This document shows, one piece after another, positions 58,191-64,000 of a stretch of DNA of 64,000 nt. The stretch is from contig JBMFNR010000002.1 of NCBI GenBank assembly GCA_049970055.1, positions 573,371 to 637,370 of the forward strand, read 5' to 3'. Both the position numbers and the translations under genes were made by a program. Source of the stretch: Fervidobacterium sp. GTDB lineage: Bacteria; Thermotogota; Thermotogae; Thermotogales; Fervidobacteriaceae. The notes beneath the pieces are model-generated. The model saw nothing but the letters and a program-made list of their open reading frames with translations, searched no databases and was not told where the DNA came from. Within the stretch, counting starts at the first letter, position 1. Each line of letters opens with the position of its first letter.

Positions 58191-59357
58191 ATGAAACTAT
58201 TGCACACTTCTGACTGGCATCTTGGAAAACGCCCAATAGGGGGTATCGGAGAGTATTCAGATAAGCGGTACAACGATTATTTTGAGGCATCAGAGTATAT
58301 AGTTGATAAAGCAATTGAGGAGAACGTCGATTTGGTTGTTATCGCTGGTGATTTGTTTGATTCAAATAGGATCGATCCTGATATTCTCGATCGCACGGAG
58401 CAAATTCTTAGAAAATTAAAAAACAACGAAATCGGTGTAGTTGCTGTTGCTGGCAATCACGATAATGTGTATGAGAAAGATTCTTGGATTGATTACCTTT
58501 CAAGGGAAGACTTGTTGATAAATCTGAGCTTCAGACGTGATGGGGAGAAGTTTGGGTTTGAGGTTTTGGATTTTAAAGGTTTTCATATTTACGGTATCCC
58601 ATACCAAGGTAATCTGATAGATGAAACTTTGGATAGTCTTTCTAAAAAGCTGAGTTCAGACAACAATATAGTTATCTGTCATACGGCTTTATTAAACCAA
58701 GAAACAGAGAACACCTTGCTGCCAGGTTGTGTTAAAGGAGAAATAATCGATTTGTTTAATGGTAAGGTGGTTTATTTTGCTGGTGGGCATTTTCATTCTT
58801 TTAGCTTCTATCCTCTGCTAAAACCATTCTTTTTTGTGCCGGGAAGTCCGGAGTACTGGGATCTGTACGAAAGAGATCAGAAAGGGTACATAATATTTGA
58901 CACACAGACCTTATCTTATCAATTCAGCCAATCAAAAAGGCGAAAAAGAAGAATTTTAAATACAACACTTTCGAGTATGAAAGAATATATCGAAACTTTG
59001 GAAGTTGAGGAAGGCGAAATACTGATATTAAAAATCAAAGTCGACTCCGATAAGTTCGTTGATGATAGGGAGATTACAGGCAAACTTCAAAGCAAAGGGG
59101 CATTGAAAGTCGAGCTTAGGTTTGAGTACAGTAAGAATGATCTTGAAGAAATGAGCGGGTATTTAAGTAAGGAACTTATAGAAAAACAGATCATACAAAA
59201 GTGGAATAATGTTTTTTCAAGCACTGAAGAAAGTGTTGCGAGAACATATAATTTTCTACAAAAGCTCAAAAGTTTCAATGATGACAGCGATAAGCTCTTC
59301 GAATTGTTTGATGAATTCTTGAGTCGCATCATAGAGGGGGAGCAAAATGATAATTAA
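58191..59357 (+). CDS. sbcD: SbcD/Mre11 nuclease
   Basis: HTSDWHLG, AGDLFD, GNHD, GGHFH, PGSPE; coupled to an SMC-like ATPase. Confidence 0.9.
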   Translation: MKLLHTSDWHLGKRPIGGIGEYSDKRYNDYFEASEYIVDKAIEENVDLVVIAGDLFDSNRIDPDILDRTEQILRKLKNNEIGVVAVAGNHDNVYEKDSWIDYLSREDLLINLSFRRDGEKFGFEVLDFKGFHIYGIPYQGNLIDETLDSLSKKLSSDNNIVICHTALLNQETENTLLPGCVKGEIIDLFNGKVVYFAGGHFHSFSFYPLLKPFFFVPGSPEYWDLYERDQKGYIIFDTQTLSYQFSQSKRRKRRILNTTLSSMKEYIETLEVEEGEILILKIKVDSDKFVDDREITGKLQSKGALKVELRFEYSKNDLEEMSGYLSKELIEKQIIQKWNNVFSSTEESVARTYNFLQKLKSFNDDSDKLFELFDEFLSRIIEGEQNDN

Positions 59358-62148
59358 AAGGGTAATACTGAAAAATTTCAAGTGCCATGTGGATAGAATA
59401 TTCGAGTTCAAACTTGGAATTAACGTTATTGTTGGAAAAAATGGAACGGGTAAAAGTTCAATATTCGAAGCACTTGGCATAGCTCTTTTAGGTATATACG
59501 ACAAAGATTTAAAAAGTTTAGTCACACGAAACACTGGGGCTTTTGCCAAAGATTTTACCATTGTTGTTGAATTTGAAGGTAACGACGGTATAGAGTACGT
59601 TGTTGAGAGAAAATTTTCACCATCGAGACATGTTCTTCGGCTAAAAGGTTCGAATAACGTTGTATCAGATAGTACAAAAGATGTTCCGAGGTATGTAAGT
59701 AACCTTGCTGGATTGGGTGATGGAAATTTTGAGGATTTATTCAAAAATGTTATCTGTGCGTATCAAAATGACATAGTAAGTATATTCGAAAAGCCAACGG
59801 AAGATTCTAAGCGTTTTTTTAATAGGATATTCGGAGTAGAGTTTTACGATGAGTTGTATAAAAGGTTCAGTGATGTAGAAAAGGTGTACGGTGTTAACAT
59901 ACGCCTTGTTGAAGAAAGAATAAGGCTTCTAGATAGCGAGCTCGAAAAACTCAAAGATGTCGAAGAGCATCTCGAAAGGATTTATACGGATATGAGAATA
60001 CACATACAGGAAAAGGAAAAATCAGTTGAGAGGATAGATTCGCTTATTTTAAGAAAAAGAAACTTGGAAGAGCAGGTCGTACATTTGAAAGAGATGATAT
60101 ATGAAATGAATCTGTTAAGTAAAGATCTCGAAAACGCAAAGAAAATTCTTGATGATGTGAGCAAACAGATAAAAGAATCTGAGATTGCGAGAGAAATACT
60201 TAGGCAAAATGTCCAAGGGTATGAGAAATACTTACGTTTGGAGGAAGAGGTTAAAAAGCTTCGGGTTGATGAAAAAAAACTTCAAGGTGCGTTGAATGAA
60301 AAGTTGAGTTTGGGAAATGAAATAGGTTCACTAGAAGTCAAAATTAAGGAAATGGATGCCACAAGCAGAGAGAAAAAGGAGCAGCTAGATAGGATTGAGA
60401 AAAAACTTGCAGAAATTGAAGACAGAATAAAAGATACAAATTTAAAATTGGAGAATAAGAGAGAAGAGCTTAAGAAGGTTCAAAGTGATCTGCAAAATAT
60501 TAGTACAAAAAAATTACATATTGAATGGATTTACGATGAATATTCAAAAACAACCATCGAAAAAGAGAGATTAATAGAAGAACTATCATTGGAGGATAAT
60601 TATGCGCTTTACGATAAGCTAAAGAAAGAGATTGGGATTTTCGGGCAGGAAATAGCCAAACTAAACTCAGTTACTTCGAAGGAACAAGAGCTAATTAGTG
60701 AGATTTCAAAATACGAAAGTGAACTAAAAAACTTAGAGAACGCGAAATCACAATTGTCAAGCGGAATATGCCCCATACTAAATGAAGCCTGTAAAAACTT
60801 GCAATCGATCGATCCGCTAACGAAACTAAATGAAAAACTTGAACAATTGCGAATTGTTGTAGTGAACAAAAAACAAGAAAAAATACAAATTGATATGGCT
60901 AAAGAAGAAAAGGAAGAAATTGAGAAACAATTAAATGATAAGAAAATAACGTTGGCAAAAGTTGAACAAAAGATTGCTGAGGAAAAAAGGAAGAGAGAAA
61001 GGTTAAGTACTTTGAAGAAAATCTTAGAAAGTATGAAAAATGATTACGGTGATGTTCAACTATTGAGGGAGAATATCGACAAAGAATTCCAATACCTAAT
61101 CAAATTGGAAAGCTCGCTGAAAAGTGATTTGAAAAATCTCAATGCATCTTTCGACGAACTAAAAAAGCAGCTCATAGAATTGCGCATGCAGTATGAGAAT
61201 ACCACAGATAATATTCAAAAAATAAACGAAGATAAAGAAAAAATTAGAAAAGAGTTGGAAAGACTGTGTGAAAAGGTTAGTGAGTACAAAGATGTAGACG
61301 TTGAATTGGAAAAGGTTCGATTACAGATAAGTGAGAGTGAGAAAGAAATGGAATACTACAGACCTATGTACGAAAAGTATAACCTCAATAAAAACATTGC
61401 GGGAAAATACCAAGAACTTTTGGAAAAGCAAAACACACTGAAATTATCAGTGAGTGAAATAAACGGGAAAGTCAGAAGAAAAAGTGATGAAATTTCTAAG
61501 TTCCCAGTGCTTGAAATGTTGGAATCAGAAAAAATGAATTTGGAAAGCGAAATAGAAAGTGAAAAGAAAAAATTAAAAGAAGTAGAAGTAGAGCTTGGTC
61601 GTCTCAGTGAAGCACTTAAGCATGGACAAGATCGTAAAAAGCAAAGGAATGAAAGAGTGGCAGAAAAGAAAGAACGTGAAAAAGAAAAGTTGATTTATGA
61701 AAAAAAACTTGAAATGACAAAGCAATTCAGAGAAAAATTAAAGACCATGGGTGTTGAGGTCACGAAGCGATTAACTCAAAGTATTTCGACTGAAGCGACA
61801 GAGCATTACAGAAAGATCACTGGAAAGTTTGAAGAGATAATCATAGATCATTCTAACCAAAAGTACATTTTTAAGATTGTTGATTCTGTTAAAGGCGAGA
61901 GACTCTTCAACGAATTGTCTGGTGGCGAGCAAGTTAGTGCGGGAATATCTTTGAGAATTGCAATTGCAAATATATTAACCGATGCGAATATGTACATTCT
62001 TGATGAACCAACGGTTAACCTTGATGATGAAAGGCGTGCTCTCTTAGCTGAAAACCTCAAGGTTTTGCTCAGCAATTTGAAACAAGCATTTATAGTTACT
62101 CACGACGAAGTGTTCATAGGGAAAGGGTACTATGAAGTGCGACTTTAA
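59347..62148 (+). CDS. sbcC: SbcC/Rad50 SMC-like ATPase
   Basis: GKNGTGKSS, Q-loop AYQ, long coiled coil, central CPILNEAC, LSGGE, ILDEPT, VTHD. Confidence 0.9.
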   Translation: MIIKRVILKNFKCHVDRIFEFKLGINVIVGKNGTGKSSIFEALGIALLGIYDKDLKSLVTRNTGAFAKDFTIVVEFEGNDGIEYVVERKFSPSRHVLRLKGSNNVVSDSTKDVPRYVSNLAGLGDGNFEDLFKNVICAYQNDIVSIFEKPTEDSKRFFNRIFGVEFYDELYKRFSDVEKVYGVNIRLVEERIRLLDSELEKLKDVEEHLERIYTDMRIHIQEKEKSVERIDSLILRKRNLEEQVVHLKEMIYEMNLLSKDLENAKKILDDVSKQIKESEIAREILRQNVQGYEKYLRLEEEVKKLRVDEKKLQGALNEKLSLGNEIGSLEVKIKEMDATSREKKEQLDRIEKKLAEIEDRIKDTNLKLENKREELKKVQSDLQNISTKKLHIEWIYDEYSKTTIEKERLIEELSLEDNYALYDKLKKEIGIFGQEIAKLNSVTSKEQELISEISKYESELKNLENAKSQLSSGICPILNEACKNLQSIDPLTKLNEKLEQLRIVVVNKKQEKIQIDMAKEEKEEIEKQLNDKKITLAKVEQKIAEEKRKRERLSTLKKILESMKNDYGDVQLLRENIDKEFQYLIKLESSLKSDLKNLNASFDELKKQLIELRMQYENTTDNIQKINEDKEKIRKELERLCEKVSEYKDVDVELEKVRLQISESEKEMEYYRPMYEKYNLNKNIAGKYQELLEKQNTLKLSVSEINGKVRRKSDEISKFPVLEMLESEKMNLESEIESEKKKLKEVEVELGRLSEALKHGQDRKKQRNERVAEKKEREKEKLIYEKKLEMTKQFREKLKTMGVEVTKRLTQSISTEATEHYRKITGKFEEIIIDHSNQKYIFKIVDSVKGERLFNELSGGEQVSAGISLRIAIANILTDANMYILDEPTVNLDDERRALLAENLKVLLSNLKQAFIVTHDEVFIGKGYYEVRL

Positions 62149-62184
62149 AATGGGTTGGTAAACGGTTAGGTGAGGTGATGGAGT

Positions 62185-62925
62185 TTGGAAAAAGAGAATG
62201 TTGATTTACTAAAGAAGTGGATTTTAAACTCCCGCTTTGCTGTTGTTCTTACAGGAGCAGGTGTTAGTGTGCCAAGTGGTATACCAGATTTCAGAAGCAA
62301 AGAAGGAGTCTACTCAAAATGGGGTCAAGAAATTTTTGATATTGATTTATTTTACAGCAATCCAGATAAGTTTTACAAATTTGCCAAGGAAGAACTATTG
62401 AAAATGCTCGACGCTGAACCAAATACTGTGCACTTTCTGCTAGCAAAGCTTGAAAATATGGGAATTATCAAAGGAGTAATAACTCAAAACATAGATAACC
62501 TACACAAGAAAGCAGGTAGTAAGAACGTAGCTGAGATTCATGGAAACGTTCGCACCTGGACTTGTATAAAGTGTCACAGAAGATTTGATCTTTTTAGCAA
62601 GAACGATAGAGAAGATTTGTTGTTAAGAAATTTTAGATGCAACTGTTCAGGTATAACAAAACCTGATATCGTATTTTTTGGTGAAATGCTACCATTGAAT
62701 GAGTATTCCAAAGCCGAAGGTTGGACGCAAAAAAGTGACCTTTTTATAACGCTAGGAACGTCGCTTATTGTTTATCCCGCTGCCCAATTACCTTTGCAAT
62801 CAAAACGCAATAACGCAAAGTTGGTCGTTGTAAATAAAGGTAAAACCCCAATCGATGATATATCTGACTTAAAATTTGATATAGATTTGGTTGAATTTGC
62901 CAATGAATTGGGTAGTTATCTTTAA
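62185..62925 (+). CDS. cobB: NAD-dependent protein deacylase (sirtuin)
   Basis: TGAGVSVPSGIPDFRS, TQNIDNLH, EIHG, Zn cysteines, KPDIVFFGE, GTSL.VYPAA. Confidence 0.93.
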   Translation: MEKENVDLLKKWILNSRFAVVLTGAGVSVPSGIPDFRSKEGVYSKWGQEIFDIDLFYSNPDKFYKFAKEELLKMLDAEPNTVHFLLAKLENMGIIKGVITQNIDNLHKKAGSKNVAEIHGNVRTWTCIKCHRRFDLFSKNDREDLLLRNFRCNCSGITKPDIVFFGEMLPLNEYSKAEGWTQKSDLFITLGTSLIVYPAAQLPLQSKRNNAKLVVVNKGKTPIDDISDLKFDIDLVEFANELGSYL

Positions 62926-63782
62926 AACCTCTTTCTTCTAAAATGGCAATAAGGGACTTTTCCGGTTTTTTCATAGTAATCCTGGTGGTAATCTTCTGCG
63001 ACCCAAAAATCACTCGCTCTTCTTATTTGAGTGGCGACTTTATATTTCTTATTCAGTTCATCTTTTATTTTCTGTGCAATTTCTCTTTGCTTATCGTTTG
63101 TATAGAAGATTACACTCTTGTATTGCTCACCTATGTCTGGTCCTTGTCCATTTTCTTGCGTGAAGTCGTGAATTTCGAAGAAATACTTAACAAGACTTTC
63201 TTCATCAACCTTTTTTGGATCAAAAATAACCTCAACGGTTTCGTAATGCCCTGTTAATCCCGTACATACTTGTTCGTAAGTTGGATTTTTCTTATGTCCG
63301 CCCATATAGCCAACGCGTGTGTCGATGACACCATCAAGTTGCTTAAATAAATGTTCTACCCCCCAAAAACAGCCACCTGCAAAGAACATTCTGTCAATTG
63401 GTGGTTGCTGACCTTCCGGAATGAAAATCAAAGATATGGAATTAACGCAATGTCTTACATTCTTTTGTGTAAAACCCTCGCCATAGAAAACATGCCCAAG
63501 ATGAGCACCGCAATAAGAGCATATAATCTCTGTTCTGACACCATCCTTATCTATTTGCTTTTTCACAGCACCTGGGATTTCATCATCATAAGCAGGCCAA
63601 CCACAGCCCGAGTCGAACTTATCAGAAAAGTTATAAAGTGGTATACCACAGTTTTTACAAACGTAAACCCCCTTTTCAAAATGGTTCTCGTACTCACCAG
63701 CAAATGGCGGTTCCGTACCTTTTTCAAACAAAACAAATCTCTCAAACTCACTTAGATGCGGATTTATTATTTTTCTTTTCAT
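62922..63782 (-). CDS. msrAB: Bifunctional peptide methionine sulfoxide reductase MsrB-MsrA
   Basis: MsrB: KGTEPPF, CKNC, GCGWP, CSYC, RHCVNS. MsrA: GGCFWG, GHYE, AEDYHQDYY. Confidence 0.95.
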   Translation of the reverse strand: MKRKIINPHLSEFERFVLFEKGTEPPFAGEYENHFEKGVYVCKNCGIPLYNFSDKFDSGCGWPAYDDEIPGAVKKQIDKDGVRTEIICSYCGAHLGHVFYGEGFTQKNVRHCVNSISLIFIPEGQQPPIDRMFFAGGCFWGVEHLFKQLDGVIDTRVGYMGGHKKNPTYEQVCTGLTGHYETVEVIFDPKKVDEESLVKYFFEIHDFTQENGQGPDIGEQYKSVIFYTNDKQREIAQKIKDELNKKYKVATQIRRASDFWVAEDYHQDYYEKTGKVPYCHFRRKRF

Positions 63783-63819
63783 AAAATTCCTTCCCCCTCT
63801 ATTTCAAAAATTTTATTCT

Positions 63820-63836
63820 ATTATACCACTATACCA
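63820..63836 (-). promoter_or_regulatory. Tandem extended -10 elements upstream of msrBA
   Basis: TATACCA-C-TATACCA on + reads TGGTATAGT and TGGTATAAT on -. Confidence 0.45.
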
Positions 63837-64000
63837 TGGATATCATTCAGGAATTTTTACCAACGAATACCATTGACACCAGCGAATATAAGTAATTTAT
63901 TCAACAACTCGTAGTTCAGCAACAAAACGCCTGGCAAATAGGAAGCAAGCTCGTATTTGTAACAGGCAGTGCAAGAGATTTGTTACCAATAAAGGCTTTA

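Noticed and set aside
62185..62925. Sir2 as an anti-phage NADase effector
   Set aside because: It has the Zn-binding cysteines and complete canonical deacylase motifs, unlike defence SIR2 domains, and no HerA, pAgo or TIR partner.
58..63755. Numerous 60-170 aa ORFs antisense or out of frame to long genes (e.g. 895-1281, 21358-21780, 29031-29546, 59256-59744)
   Set aside because: They are shadows of well-supported genes, with no SD or recognisable motifs.
1..64000. CRISPR arrays, IS elements, rRNA, riboswitches (including c-di-GMP riboswitches)
   Set aside because: Intergenic gaps are short and I saw no repeat-spacer periodicity, transposase motif or recognisable aptamer. An Rfam/Infernal scan would be needed to exclude RNAs fully.
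63840..64000. Possible 3' end of a minus-strand gene entering from the right edge
   Set aside because: Only short open frames (about 30 codons) with no recognisable motif; cannot be supported from this window.

Overview
AT-rich bacterial chromosome segment. Gene content and order (dxr-rseP-ispG, ABC-ATPase/PfkB/CBS/mtaB/aminotransferase/dciA/gyrB, DUF151 nuclease) point to Thermotogota, most likely a Fervidobacterium/Thermosipho-type organism; this is an inference, not a database result. The window is densely coding, with about 60 CDSs and two tRNAs (Leu-TAA, initiator Met). I see no rRNA, CRISPR array, IS element or prophage. Main blocks: (1) a minus-strand Wsp-like chemosensory operon (CheR-TPR, CheW-like, CheA-REC, CheB lacking REC, REC plus degenerate GGDEF, MCP) followed by a wHTH-Rossmann regulator that the ORF track missed; (2) mreB/mbl-flgF-flgG; (3) a long plus-strand run with plsY/plsC, envelope proteins, pheT, ABC-F, nfo, MEP genes, surE and def; (4) a GH161-like glucan phosphorylase, SIMPL protein, phosphoglucomutase and the tRNAs; (5) a minus-strand block with flhB/fliR, a LipS2-like radical SAM, an ABC exporter, a diguanylate cyclase carrying an MsrC (fRMsr)-like GAF domain, rqcP, the gyrB operon and an HD-GYP protein; (6) a repair/stress block (pyrimidine-dimer glycosylase, SbcD/SbcC with an atypical Zn hook, sirtuin, MsrBA). 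The best candidates for something new are the chemosensory system with apparently dead CheB and GGDEF, the MsrC-GAF diguanylate cyclase, and back-to-back palindromic extended -10 promoters at both divergent junctions.
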